From Xenorhabdus doucetiae (GTDB lineage: Bacteria; Pseudomonadota; Gammaproteobacteria; Enterobacterales; Enterobacteriaceae), in assembly GCF_000968195.1 (NCBI RefSeq), contig NZ_FO704550.1:3428760-3460759 (forward strand): 32,000 nt of DNA, in the 5' to 3' direction. The notes beneath the pieces are model-generated. The model did no database searches, was not told the origin of the DNA, and worked only from the letters and a program-made list of their open reading frames with translations. Shown here piece by piece: positions 1 to 8,728 of the stretch (positions are counted from its first letter, which is position 1; each line of letters begins with the position of its first letter). The translations under genes were made by a program, and so were the position numbers.

Positions 1-30
1 ACTGTTGTTAGTTGGTTTTTTTCCAGCCAT
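1..30 (-). CDS. dnaB: Replicative DNA helicase DnaB, first 10 codons only (gene runs off the left edge)
   Basis: The reverse strand from the ATG at 30..28 reads MAGKKPTNNS, which resembles the enterobacterial DnaB N-terminus (E. coli MAGNKPFNKQ). dnaB is the divergent neighbour of qor in E. coli, which fits the synteny seen here. Confidence 0.45.
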   Translation of the reverse strand, partial: MAGKKPTNNS

Positions 31-100
31 GTATACCGCATCAATTCACTAAACAAAAAACGAAAATAGTGCGTCAGTATACGCCATGAAAACTGCCTTG

Positions 101-121
101 AGTAATTATATATAGTCTGCA
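101..121. repeat. attL-side direct repeat agtaaTtatatatagtctgca
   Basis: It matches 15232..15252 (agtaaAtatatatagtctgca) at 20 of 21 positions in the same orientation. It lies 71 bp upstream of the dnaB ATG. Confidence 0.8.
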
Positions 122-545
122 CTTACAGTTAAGACATAATTACTTGATATTAAATGAATAAATGTTATTTGTTAACTAAATTTTCACTATTTGTTTATAT
201 AATTGTTTACACATAAAACACTGAACGAACCTATAAACAAAACATAAGATAAGAACAATATGAAAGAAAGAAAAGAATTAAGAGTGAATTTGTGATCAAT
301 AAAAAATGGTGAGTACATTAAATGTACAAATTATAGAAGATTGCGACGCAGTTCGTCGGAACCCATTAAGCGATGGAGGTAACAGCCAACTGATAGCCCT
401 GCCAGTAAGAAGACTTCCCCGTCACGGTTATCACCTGACCTTTCCGCAACAACCTCACCGATAGCGCCACCTCATCAAAGCCAATAATGCAGCGAGTAAT
501 TAGACGAGGTGACTATTTCCCTGATGTTTTTCGGTATTAGAATAA

Positions 546-809
546 TTATTTTGCTGACTTATCTCGAACTTTGCGTTCTATAAGGTTACCGTTCATATCA
601 AAATAACGGCTAGGCCAAATTTCAGACGGGTGAATGTTAAGATAATTAGCAACGATCCATTCCCCTTTAGGCCAAGGACGTGATAACACATTTGCTAATG
701 TAGAAGAACTGAGTCCAGCTTCGCGGGAGACTGCGGCAAGCGTTGTACCACGCTTACGTAATGCAGCAATAATATCGGCTTGATGCCAGTCATTTCTAAC
801 GTTGTTCAT
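546..809 (-). CDS. Ner/Nlp (SfsB)-like small DNA-binding protein
   Basis: The sequence ...NDWHQADIIAALRKRGTTLAAVSREAGLSSSTLANVLSRPWPKGEWIVA...IWPSRY aligns almost residue for residue with E. coli Nlp and phage Mu Ner-family proteins. The ORF extends to 827, but the ATG at 809 gives the Nlp-like N-terminal length. Confidence 0.8.
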   Translation of the reverse strand: MNNVRNDWHQADIIAALRKRGTTLAAVSREAGLSSSTLANVLSRPWPKGEWIVANYLNIHPSEIWPSRYFDMNGNLIERKVRDKSAK

Positions 810-1088
810 TCCTGCTACCCCTTCCATTAATTAATATTGATGGTGGCGATTCAAGCAGGGTTCGCAATACCGGAGATCAACCAATCCGGCGAGGCCGAAG
901 CCTCCCCTACCTGAACCGCCATAGAAAAGGCGAATGCAGGCGCACTGGCAGAAACATCCTACCAGTGGGTCGATCATTACAGGGTTGCGAATCCCTGACC
1001 ATTGGATTTTGCCAATGGCGAGAGTACTTTAACGAATTGGTTTATTAAGTTCAATAAGCGAATCAGTAAAACCGCTTAACTTCTTGCG

Positions 1089-2751
1089 TTATATCCCATT
1101 AAACTCCTTAAGGCGCTGCTTCTGTTCATCTGACAGACTGAAAGCAAATTCCTCATGTTCTATCTGCCATGTACCAAAACTCATCAAAAACGCAATAGCC
1201 GGATCTATCTTGTTCGCGGACTTTTTCTTGTTTGGCTTGATGTTGGCGTTCGCGTCGGTTTCCATCACCACATTGGACATCGCCCATGCGAGAACCGGAT
1301 CGCCGTTGTGACGAATCACCTTGCGGTTAACGAATACCTCGGCCGATTTGGCCACGGGGCTAAAGCGCAGATAGGTTTGCGGGAACGGCTCAACATCCAA
1401 ACCAGCCCCTTGTAGCTGAGTTCTTAGGTGTGTGGCGTTCCATGTGTCAAAGCCGACCAGCTTGATATCAAACTGTTGGCTGTCTTTGAGAATATCATCC
1501 CGGATACGGTCATAATCGATGCAGTCGCCCGCTGTGGTACGTATCCAACCCGCTTGCGCCCACTGGCGATAAACCGCCCGGTTCTTGTTGGCCGGGTTCT
1601 GTAACTGCGCTTCGGGCAGGTAATGGCGGGTCAGTAGTAACAGTTCATTATCCACGGGGAAGGTGTAGCAAACACTGGTAATGTCACCTGTTGACGACAA
1701 ATCTAATCCGGCGTAACACTCCAGCCCCTTGAGGTCGTTTTCATCGTAATCTGTCTGGCAGGCTTGCCAAGCCCCTTCGCCCATCCACGGGGTTTCACCC
1801 TGACACCAGATATTAAAGCGTTTGGTTAGCATCTCTGTCCATTGTGAGGGAATGCCTCGCGCTTTCTGGATGGTGTCATGCAGTGATGCACTGTCCACGG
1901 AGACATTGAGATTCGGATTGGCCTTAATCCAAAGGGATTCGTCATCAATCTCGTTCTCGTCGTCCAGTTCGTAGATCAGGGCAAACAGGGATTCATTTTG
2001 CTCTTCGCCATCCAGTATCTGACAGCAATAATCATAGTGCTGCTTACAGGCCGATATCACGTTACTGCCCGCCGTGGTAATGGCAAACAGGAGTCCTTCG
2101 GGGCGGGCACCCATGCCTAATTCAAGGGCAGAATAGACCGCATTATCAGGGTGTAGATGATATTCATCGACAATGGCCAGACTGGGATTGGTGCCCTCAA
2201 TCGTCGAGGCTTTGGCGGCCAGTGGTTTTAACAAGCTGTTGCTCTTCGTGTAAGTGATTTTGTGTTGCTGGATGGATACCCCGCTTTTTTAGGGGCTTAG
2301 ATAACAGGCTCATCTGGCGGGCATCATCAAACACAATACGCGCCTGATCCCGGCTGACGGCGGCGGTGTAAATATCCTGTTGTCCCTGTTCCATTACCAG
2401 AAACCAGTTCGCCAGTATCGCGGCCACGGTGGATTTCGCATTTTTGCGCGGCACTTGAATATAAGCGCTGCGGTATTTCCTGCGCCCCGTCGCTTTCACC
2501 TTGAAGCCGAACAGGTTAGCAAAGGCAAATTGTTGCCACGGCTCTAAGGCAATGGGTTGACCGCGCAAGTGGCCTTTGACGTGCGGACAGAGGCGGGAGA
2601 AGCCAATAAAACGCCCGACAACCTCGCTATCAAACGTATAAAGCGGGTTATTCAGGTCGTTATAGTAGCGTTTTACCGCCTGTTTCAGGCGCTGACAGGC
2701 CGGAATGGTGCCGTTTTGGATATCAAAGGCGTACTGTTCCCATGCGTTCAT
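1089..2751 (-). pseudogene. terL: Terminase large subunit (TerL), reading frame interrupted at a homopolymer
   Basis: Two overlapping ORFs (2751..2197 and 2234..1089) together form one large terminase: an N-terminal ATPase part (PRKNAKST Walker-A-like) and a C-terminal part (AIVDEYH...). The second frame is open back to 2288. The two frames meet at the T6 run 2285..2290 (A6 in the mRNA). Deleting one A gives ...SKPLKSGVSIQQHKITY.... The start overlaps the terS stop (ATGA). Confidence 0.85.
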
Positions 2752-3101
2752 AAGCGATCTAATTCGTCCTCTGCCTCCGTTTCCACCGGGTTTCTACGCC
2801 GTGATACCGGGTCAAAGCCCAGCAAGGAGGACATTTTAATCATGATTTTTTCTGCGTCGGCCTTGGCCTTTAATGACGGGTTACTGGTCGCCGCGCCGCG
2901 TGAACCTTCCACCGCAAACCCGCGCAGTTCAATATCTTCAATGGCTTTAAGGTAGATCGCATAATTGACGCAATACAGCTCTAAGTTGTTCCAGTCTGCC
3001 GGGCTGAGGTCGTCACGCTCATTTAACAGTTTTGCTTTCGATTTCCATTGATCGGCGGCGATAACGTTTAAGTAAACCGGGGGTTTGGGTGCCCTTGCCA
3101 T
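2748..3101 (-). CDS. terS: Terminase small subunit, P27 family
   Basis: MARAPKPPVYLNVIAADQWKSKAKLL...ELYCVNYAIYLKAIEDI...GFDPVSRRR is typical of P27-family TerS. The ATG at 3101 gives about 117 aa, whereas the ORF track begins at an upstream alternative start at 3152. The gene lies immediately upstream of terL. Confidence 0.8.
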   Translation of the reverse strand: MARAPKPPVYLNVIAADQWKSKAKLLNERDDLSPADWNNLELYCVNYAIYLKAIEDIELRGFAVEGSRGAATSNPSLKAKADAEKIMIKMSSLLGFDPVSRRRNPVETEAEDELDRL

Positions 3102-3180
3102 AATGTATTGTTTCCTATAAGAATTACTGCTATCTAAAAAAGTGCCGCGCATAAAAATCTGAGGACGGCGGTGGTGCCAC

Positions 3181-3215
3181 GGAGGGGGGTATTTGTCATT
3201 TTTTACTCCCCCACC
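3181..3215. other. G6/C5 imperfect inverted repeat in the HNH-terS gap (candidate cos-region element)
   Basis: ggaggggggta (3181..3191) can pair with tactcccccacc (3204..3215). It is the only conspicuous structure in the 124-bp gap directly upstream of terS. Confidence 0.3.
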
Positions 3216-3276
3216 CCAATCATTTCATGTGAAACCATTTTCTTTGTTATCAATACCTAATCTTGATGTGATGGTT

Positions 3277-3711
3277 TCATTCTACCACTAACCAGCCCCG
3301 ACGCCTTGCCGCTCGTTCTTCCTGTTCCCGATAGTGTCCTTGTCTTCGTTTCTCTTTCGTCGCGGGGTCAGTCGTGACCGTCTTTCGACTATGGCAGCTA
3401 TTGCATAAGGGCTGGTGATTGAAGTCAGGCCAGAACAGCACATCACTGCCGCCGTCAATGGGGATGATGTGGTCAACGATGGTTGCCGGGGCGTAGATAC
3501 CCAACTTAAGGCAGTGGACACACAGCGGGTTAGCTTTCAGAAATTGCAGGCGGTATTTATCCCATGCCGGGGTATAACCGCGCTCACGCCTTGAGCCTCG
3601 CTTGCTGTCCTGCCTACGCCGGGCTTCCCGTTTGTGTTCATCACAACGATCCGATTTTACCCGCTGTTTGCAGCCGGGATAGGTACAACGTTTCAAAGGT
3701 TGCCAAGGCAT
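3277..3711 (-). CDS. HNH endonuclease (packaging-associated)
   Basis: It has Cys-rich and HNH motifs: ...CVHC...IVDHIIPI...NHQPLCNSCHSRKT. Its position directly before terS is as in HK97-like cos packaging modules. Confidence 0.85.
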   Translation of the reverse strand: MPWQPLKRCTYPGCKQRVKSDRCDEHKREARRRQDSKRGSRRERGYTPAWDKYRLQFLKANPLCVHCLKLGIYAPATIVDHIIPIDGGSDVLFWPDFNHQPLCNSCHSRKTVTTDPATKEKRRQGHYREQEERAARRRGWLVVE

Positions 3712-4013
3712 TAGTAGACTCCGATATCACGATAGACAGACCACAGGGACTTGATAGTGAACGGGATTTCTTTCAGCTCCTTATCTGCCACCATTTCCCG
3801 ATGTTCATATAACAGGCTGACATACATCAGACAGCCCACCTTGATTGCGGGCGTAAAGGCTAAGCCCTCATCAAAGCGTTTGCCGATATGCTGCTGGCAG
3901 ACTTCCAGTGCGGCTTCTGCATAGCCCATCAATAACGCATTGTCGCGGGTGTCGTTTTCATCCACCCGACAATGTTGCTTGATTTCACTTAAGGGAATAT
4001 CGATTTTATCCAT
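3711..4013 (-). CDS. gp6-like head-tail connector protein
   Basis: The 100-aa sequence ...LSEIKQHCRVDENDTRDNALLMGYAEAALEVCQQHIGKRF... carries the typical Phage_connect_1 signature and the expected module position. Confidence 0.7.
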   Translation of the reverse strand: MDKIDIPLSEIKQHCRVDENDTRDNALLMGYAEAALEVCQQHIGKRFDEGLAFTPAIKVGCLMYVSLLYEHREMVADKELKEIPFTIKSLWSVYRDIGVY

Positions 4014-4329
4014 TGCGCACGCCTCCTTTACAAAGCAGTTCTAAACGGGTGTGTTTGGTATCGGGGATAACGACGGCAATAGTAAGGGGTTTACCTTGAT
4101 AAACAATGCGATGGCCTGTGGTGATATCCGCACGGTAGCGCAACCAGATACGGATAGTCACTTCCGAAAATACCGCGCTCGATGCAACGAGTTCCCGCCC
4201 GCTGATCGTTCTCACCTCCGCCCAAACTTCGGCAACATCTACCCATTTGTTAATCACTGATCCCATCGGCGAACGGCTTTGTTCATTTTTCTGAATAGTC
4301 ACCCGATGCCGCAATCTGCCTGCCCTCAT
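4006..4329 (-). CDS. Head-tail adaptor / head closure protein (HK97 gp8-like)
   Basis: MRAGRLRHRVTIQ...W..VAEVWAEVRTISGRE...TIRIWLRYRADIT..HRIVY is the head-tail joining family pattern. The ATG at 4329 overlaps the portal stop (ATGA). The ORF track extends to 4374. Confidence 0.75.
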   Translation of the reverse strand: MRAGRLRHRVTIQKNEQSRSPMGSVINKWVDVAEVWAEVRTISGRELVASSAVFSEVTIRIWLRYRADITTGHRIVYQGKPLTIAVVIPDTKHTRLELLCKGGVRNG

Positions 4330-5543
4330 GCCTTGCCCTCCGGTGGTTGCTTGATCTGGATTTCTTGCTTCCATGCCTGGCTGAATTCATCACCCCCTTC
4401 ACGCGGCGATAAGCCCTCCCGTTCACGGGCTTCATTCGGTGACATCACCCCCGACTTAATCGCCGTCTCATAACTCTGGAAGCGTTCCCGTGGGTTAGCA
4501 CGCAGCAAGTCGGCCGTATCAAACTCCACCTGATAGCGAACGCCCCGTTTCGGCGAGGCCATCAGCAAGGCGGCTTTGATTTGTTGCTCAAAGTTGGCGA
4601 GCCACGGGCGCATGGTGATAGTCAGAAAGGCGCGTGAGGCTTCGCTAAAATTGCTGTAGGTGCTGTTTGAGTACTCTTGCAGAAAGATTGGGCTGACGTT
4701 AAACATCCGGGCGATATCGTCAATGGTGAAGCGACGGGAAGACAACCACTCCGCATCTTGGTTGCTCATCCCCAATTGCTGGTATTCCATCCCACCCTCA
4801 AGAATAGGCGTCTTACCTGCATTACGGGCACCTTTATAACGTTCGAGGGCTTCCAGTGCCTTAGCGCCTTTCGTCCCGTCCAGCCAGTCAGCGGATTTAA
4901 TCACCCCCGCCGCCATCATGCCCTCTTTCATAATGCTGGCACCGTGGCGTTGTTGCGCCAGCCCCAAACCTAAGGTTTCGCGGCAAATAGTAACGGGTGA
5001 GCGCCCCAAAAAACCGTCTTCGGTGGCATAGCGCAGGTGTAAGACTTCTTCCTGCAAATAGGTTTTGACCTTGCCGCTATAAGGTTCGGTGATGGTATAG
5101 GCGAACCGGTGATCGGATAATCGTTGTGGTACGACCGCAGAAGGAGGATAAGGGTGGAGAGATTGCGGCTGACCATCCCGCCCCCAGACAATCACCGCAT
5201 ACGCATTACCATTCAGTAAGCAATGACGCATCAATGTTCGCTTAAACTGGTACGGGGTCTGGCAGTCATTCGGGCGCTCATTGAGCAAGTAATCCACCGG
5301 GTGATCACTGAGCCATTCACGGGATTCAGTCCCGTTCTGGTGTGCAACCCGATAGAGGTAACAGGGCATAGAGGCCACGGCTTCACTAATGACCGTAACG
5401 GCATTCATCACGGCGGGTAACCCTTCTGCCGTGGACGGTGAAACATGCTCCCCCGATTTAGTGTTAGATACGCCCGCCAGAGAAAGAAACTCCTCCATCG
5501 TCATACTACGGGTTTCAGGCGCTTTTCGTTTAAACGGCCACAT
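4326..5543 (-). CDS. Portal protein, HK97 family
   Basis: The protein is 405 aa. Its N-terminal region ...AEGLPAVMNAVTVISEAVASMPCYLYRV... and its overall length match HK97-family portals. Confidence 0.85.
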   Translation of the reverse strand: MWPFKRKAPETRSMTMEEFLSLAGVSNTKSGEHVSPSTAEGLPAVMNAVTVISEAVASMPCYLYRVAHQNGTESREWLSDHPVDYLLNERPNDCQTPYQFKRTLMRHCLLNGNAYAVIVWGRDGQPQSLHPYPPSAVVPQRLSDHRFAYTITEPYSGKVKTYLQEEVLHLRYATEDGFLGRSPVTICRETLGLGLAQQRHGASIMKEGMMAAGVIKSADWLDGTKGAKALEALERYKGARNAGKTPILEGGMEYQQLGMSNQDAEWLSSRRFTIDDIARMFNVSPIFLQEYSNSTYSNFSEASRAFLTITMRPWLANFEQQIKAALLMASPKRGVRYQVEFDTADLLRANPRERFQSYETAIKSGVMSPNEAREREGLSPREGGDEFSQAWKQEIQIKQPPEGKA

Positions 5544-5545
5544 GG

Positions 5546-6094
5546 TTACACCTCAGACAGTTGCAGCCAGTAATGACGCAAATCAACCGCACGGGGCGTA
5601 ACCCCATTGAGTGAGCGCTTGGCAATCTCCACCCCGCTCTCAGGGTAGGCGGGCAGGCTGGTGATCGTAATTTCCCGTAATTCAGCCTCTAAAACGGTTC
5701 TGACATACGGTTCCTGACCAATATCCCACTGATCCTTCAATGCCCTGAATCCAAAGGACATGCCGGAGATATCCCCGCGCTCAACCAGCGTTAATACATC
5801 GCGGCCTAATTGGGTGTCAGGCGGGGTTAACTCGAAGCGTAATCCGGTAGCATCTTCACTAAGCTGTAAGGTGCCGGAGGCGGTACGGCCTAACAGGTTC
5901 ATGTGATCATGTTCATACAGTGCCCTGACATCAGTACCCGCCGTTAAACTGGCACGAAAGGCATTCGGGGCGAACTGTTCCACGAACTCATCCCACAAGA
6001 GATGTGAGCGGCTGTTCCACCGGATCGCGTAACCGACCAGCTTTTTATCTGCCGCTGATAAAGAGGCGGTGCGGATTTCAAAATCGTTATTCAT
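5546..6094 (-). CDS. Prohead maturation protease, HK97 family (S78/U35)
   Basis: The 182-aa sequence ...LVGYAIRWN...ALYEHD...LLGRT..GTL.L.ED..GL.F...DISGMSFGF... fits the family, and the gene lies between the capsid and portal genes. Confidence 0.85.
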   Translation of the reverse strand: MNNDFEIRTASLSAADKKLVGYAIRWNSRSHLLWDEFVEQFAPNAFRASLTAGTDVRALYEHDHMNLLGRTASGTLQLSEDATGLRFELTPPDTQLGRDVLTLVERGDISGMSFGFRALKDQWDIGQEPYVRTVLEAELREITITSLPAYPESGVEIAKRSLNGVTPRAVDLRHYWLQLSEV

Positions 6095-6138
6095 CTATGG
6101 ACTCCAAGACTGAAAAGGGGCGTTGTGCCCCCTCTTGC

Positions 6139-7287
6139 TTATTTGCCGGCTTTCAGTTCCAGCACCTTTATTGCGTTGGAGTCCACCAAACCGCCACCCA
6201 GATACTTATCGGTATGTACCTTATAAGATCCCGGTTCAGTGATATTGTCGGGACGGGTGCGGGTGCCTGTTTCATGGTCAACAATGAAGTAATCGCGCTT
6301 GAAGTCACCCAGACCGATAACGTTATCTGGCATAAATTCGAGATAGTGAACAGGCAAGCCCAGTAACATATCTGGATCACCGGCTTGCAAGCGTTCCCGC
6401 CAGATATAATCGCCGTTGCCGTTTTTCAGCTTCTGTACCTTGGCGGCTGTGTTGGAGTTCATCACCCAAACAGCGTTCTTGCGGTACTTGTTCCTGAGCA
6501 GGAACTTAAGGTCAATCAGGCTGTCGGCCTCAAGAGTGGCAACTTCCAGCTTTTGCAGGGTGCCGAAAGCGCGTGCTTTGTCGGCTTGGGTATCACGGGG
6601 ATAAGACAGGAAACCCTTGGCTTTTTTGCTGCCGTCACCGCTGACAAGATCCGTTTCTTCGGTATCGACGAAGGTGTCTGCAATCTCAGAGGTCAGCCAG
6701 CCCAAGATATCCACGTCGCTAAAATCGATGATTTCTTGGGTTGTCTTGGGGTAAGCGTAAATCGGGAACAGCTTAATGCTGACTTCTTCCATCTTCGGCG
6801 TTCCAGTCTCACCGCGAGCCTTGCCCTCTTCCCCGTGTACTACCGCTGCCCCACCGACCGAAACCAACTGCTTGTATTCGTTGCTGCGCGTAGTCTTGAG
6901 GGTACAGATCCGGCGCATGACTGATTCATCAGTCAGTTGTTGCATGATTTGTTTGTTTAGTTCAGGGATAACGGTATAGCCACCCTCGGACGGCACGCCC
7001 GTAGACAAGGTGCGGGTTTCGCCGGTCACGATATAGTGGCGCAGTTCGTCATTACTGAGTTTTTCGCTGGCCGGCTGGATCTTCGCCTGATGGCGTTCTT
7101 CATCAGATAAGGCTTCGTAGCGGGCAATTTCAGCATTCAGGGCATCGGACTGGCTGCGCAGTTCGTCGAACTGTTTGGCTTCCTCTTCGGTCAATGAGCG
7201 TTTTTCAGTTTCGGCTTTGGTAAGCAGGGTGCGCATTTGTTCGGTGAGGGTTGCTTTTTGCTGGCGTAATTCAAGTAGCTTTTTCAT
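6139..7287 (-). CDS. Major capsid protein, HK97 family, with N-terminal coiled-coil delta domain
   Basis: The protein is 382 aa. It has a Lys/Glu-rich helical N-terminus (MKKLLELRQQKATLTEQMRTLL...) followed by an HK97-fold-like body (...GGYTVIPE...VWVMNSNTAAKV...). Confidence 0.9.
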   Translation of the reverse strand: MKKLLELRQQKATLTEQMRTLLTKAETEKRSLTEEEAKQFDELRSQSDALNAEIARYEALSDEERHQAKIQPASEKLSNDELRHYIVTGETRTLSTGVPSEGGYTVIPELNKQIMQQLTDESVMRRICTLKTTRSNEYKQLVSVGGAAVVHGEEGKARGETGTPKMEEVSIKLFPIYAYPKTTQEIIDFSDVDILGWLTSEIADTFVDTEETDLVSGDGSKKAKGFLSYPRDTQADKARAFGTLQKLEVATLEADSLIDLKFLLRNKYRKNAVWVMNSNTAAKVQKLKNGNGDYIWRERLQAGDPDMLLGLPVHYLEFMPDNVIGLGDFKRDYFIVDHETGTRTRPDNITEPGSYKVHTDKYLGGGLVDSNAIKVLELKAGK

Positions 7288-7339
7288 GGTGTTTTGTGGT
7301 TGGTTATTCTGCTTAAAACACTATTTAACATCATGAAAA

Positions 7340-7370
7340 ATGATAAAAAAGCCCCTGACATTCAGAGGCT
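7340..7370 (-). terminator. Rho-independent terminator closing the Hcp-like cassette
   Basis: Minus-strand RNA: AGCCUCUG-AAUGU-CAGGGGCU followed by UUUUUUAUCAUUUUU. The single non-Watson-Crick pair is G.U on the minus strand but C.A on the plus strand, which supports the minus orientation. Confidence 0.7.
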
Positions 7371-7416
7371 AAACTTGCGAAAACATGAGGACGAAACATT
7401 TACAAAATCTTACACT

Positions 7417-7827
7417 TTACAAATGAAAGTATTGGAGGATTTGACTCCACCATTTTTTGTCTTCATCCTTGACTGGAATATCATATTCATCACAACATAA
7501 AATATAAAAATAATTCAATTTACCATGAGGAAATCCGTAATTATCTCCAATCATTATGGCATCACTTACCATATAATATGGATAGCTTTGACCAATATAT
7601 TTATTGTCTTTATACAACACAGCAAAATAGGGTGCTGGTTTTGTTAAAAAATAATAAAGCCCGATTGGATTTATAGGAAGAGTGTCATAAAAAACAACAT
7701 GGTAATTATCTTCGCTTCTTTCCATTCTTTCTAGAAAAGATGGTAAAAAGGTTACATGTGATAAAAAGAACCACCATAGAAAAAATATAGCAAATAATCC
7801 ATATTTTATAAATTTAATCATCTTCAT
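7417..7827 (-). CDS. 136-aa membrane-anchored protein of unknown function (candidate immunity or partner protein)
   Basis: One N-terminal hydrophobic helix (KYGLFAIFFLWWFFLSHVTFL) is followed by a Tyr-rich soluble domain. The gene overlaps the upstream gene by 14 nt. It is very AT-rich. I recognise no family. Confidence 0.6.
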   Translation of the reverse strand: MKMIKFIKYGLFAIFFLWWFFLSHVTFLPSFLERMERSEDNYHVVFYDTLPINPIGLYYFLTKPAPYFAVLYKDNKYIGQSYPYYMVSDAIMIGDNYGFPHGKLNYFYILCCDEYDIPVKDEDKKWWSQILQYFHL

Positions 7828-8728
7828 ATATTATTTTGTCCTTCTCTAATGGTTCTGTCCAATACACATCAGAAAAGACAATAAAGTCCCCTCCTTCCTT
7901 ATGGATGTCTTGCCACTCCCTAAAGTCTCTGTTAAAAACAGGAACATATCCTTTGTAGTGTCTATATAGCCACCCAAAATCTTTAGCCATAAAACTAGCC
8001 ATATATCCTGCCATTTCCTTTTTAGCAACAATTCCATCTCTTGACCATATACCTAATACCTCACTTGCAATATTGTATCTATCAGGAATGCCAATCCCCG
8101 CCATTGGCTTATGTTGGTCATTGAAATCGTATGTATCCTTTATATAAAAACCCAATTTTTTAACTATGAATTTTTTCCTGCCACCTGTTATATCGAAATA
8201 CCCCCTTACTGCAACTTTTAAAATACCAACTCCTATCGCTCCCATTAATTCATCAATTGTATCATCATATTCACCGAATTCTCTAAAATTAATTTGAGAG
8301 TAATAATCAAGCTGAACCGCCTTATCTTCACCACCTATGTTTATAAGCCCATTCACTTCATTTTTTTCATTTCTTTTATATATATCAACAAATAATCTTT
8401 TTTTTCCTTTTGGACTAGCCCAAACGTTCTTTAGCTCATCGATTTTTTTATTTACTACTTCATAGTGCATCGCCCAATCCATTTTCACTATTGAATCATT
8501 TACCCTTTCTTGAGGTATATTAATTGAAGGTCCATTTATGTATTTACTTTTTGTTTCAGTATCCAATCTAAAATCTTTTTCAAAAGAAAACCAATGTTTC
8601 ATCAAAGCTGATGCTGTCGTCCATCCCATCTTATCCATAATTTTTGGAATATCATAAAGCGATAATTCATCAAATAGAATCGTTGTAGTTTCACCGCCTT
8701 TAACGGTTTTTGTTTTTAAAATACTCAT
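7814..8728 (-). CDS. 304-aa protein of unknown function (candidate Hcp-associated effector; possibly DUF6402-like, tentative)
   Basis: The ATG overlaps the Hcp-like stop (ATGA at 8725..8728). The N-terminal ...IPKIMDKMGWTTASALMKHWF...VKMDWAM... resembles my recollection of DUF6402 proteins found next to orphan hcp genes. I recognise no catalytic motif. Confidence 0.6.
   Translation of the reverse strand: MSILKTKTVKGGETTTILFDELSLYDIPKIMDKMGWTTASALMKHWFSFEKDFRLDTETKSKYINGPSINIPQERVNDSIVKMDWAMHYEVVNKKIDELKNVWASPKGKKRLFVDIYKRNEKNEVNGLINIGGEDKAVQLDYYSQINFREFGEYDDTIDELMGAIGVGILKVAVRGYFDITGGRKKFIVKKLGFYIKDTYDFNDQHKPMAGIGIPDRYNIASEVLGIWSRDGIVAKKEMAGYMASFMAKDFGWLYRHYKGYVPVFNRDFREWQDIHKEGGDFIVFSDVYWTEPLEKDKIIYEDD

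Noticed and set aside
306-464. A 52-aa plus-strand ORF (MVSTLNVQIIEDCDAVRRNPLSDGGNSQLIALPV...) just inside attL.
   Set aside because: It has no SD and no family I recognise. It may be a gene remnant, and there is not enough support to annotate it.
980-997. A tRNA T-arm-like sequence, caggg-ttgcgaat-ccctg, followed by acca.
   Set aside because: The loop is 8 nt, not 7. The 'acca' follows the stem directly with no acceptor arm, and no D or anticodon arms can be drawn. It is not a tRNA or a tRNA fragment I can support.
2284-2291. An A_AAA_AAG heptamer in the correct phase within terL, identical to the dnaX -1 programmed frameshift site.
   Set aside because: The frame that continues TerL is +1/-2 relative to the upstream frame, not -1. 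A -1 slip would terminate after ~19 codons. A homopolymer indel is the simpler explanation.
6385-6924. A 179-aa plus-strand ORF antisense to the major capsid gene. Similar antisense or alternative-frame ORFs occur inside portal, plsB, pgi and lysC (for example 21107..21635, 22802..23170, 25241..26548, 27336..28251).
   Set aside because: These are shadow ORFs inside strongly supported genes. Their translations are Arg/Ser/Cys-rich nonsense with no independent signals.
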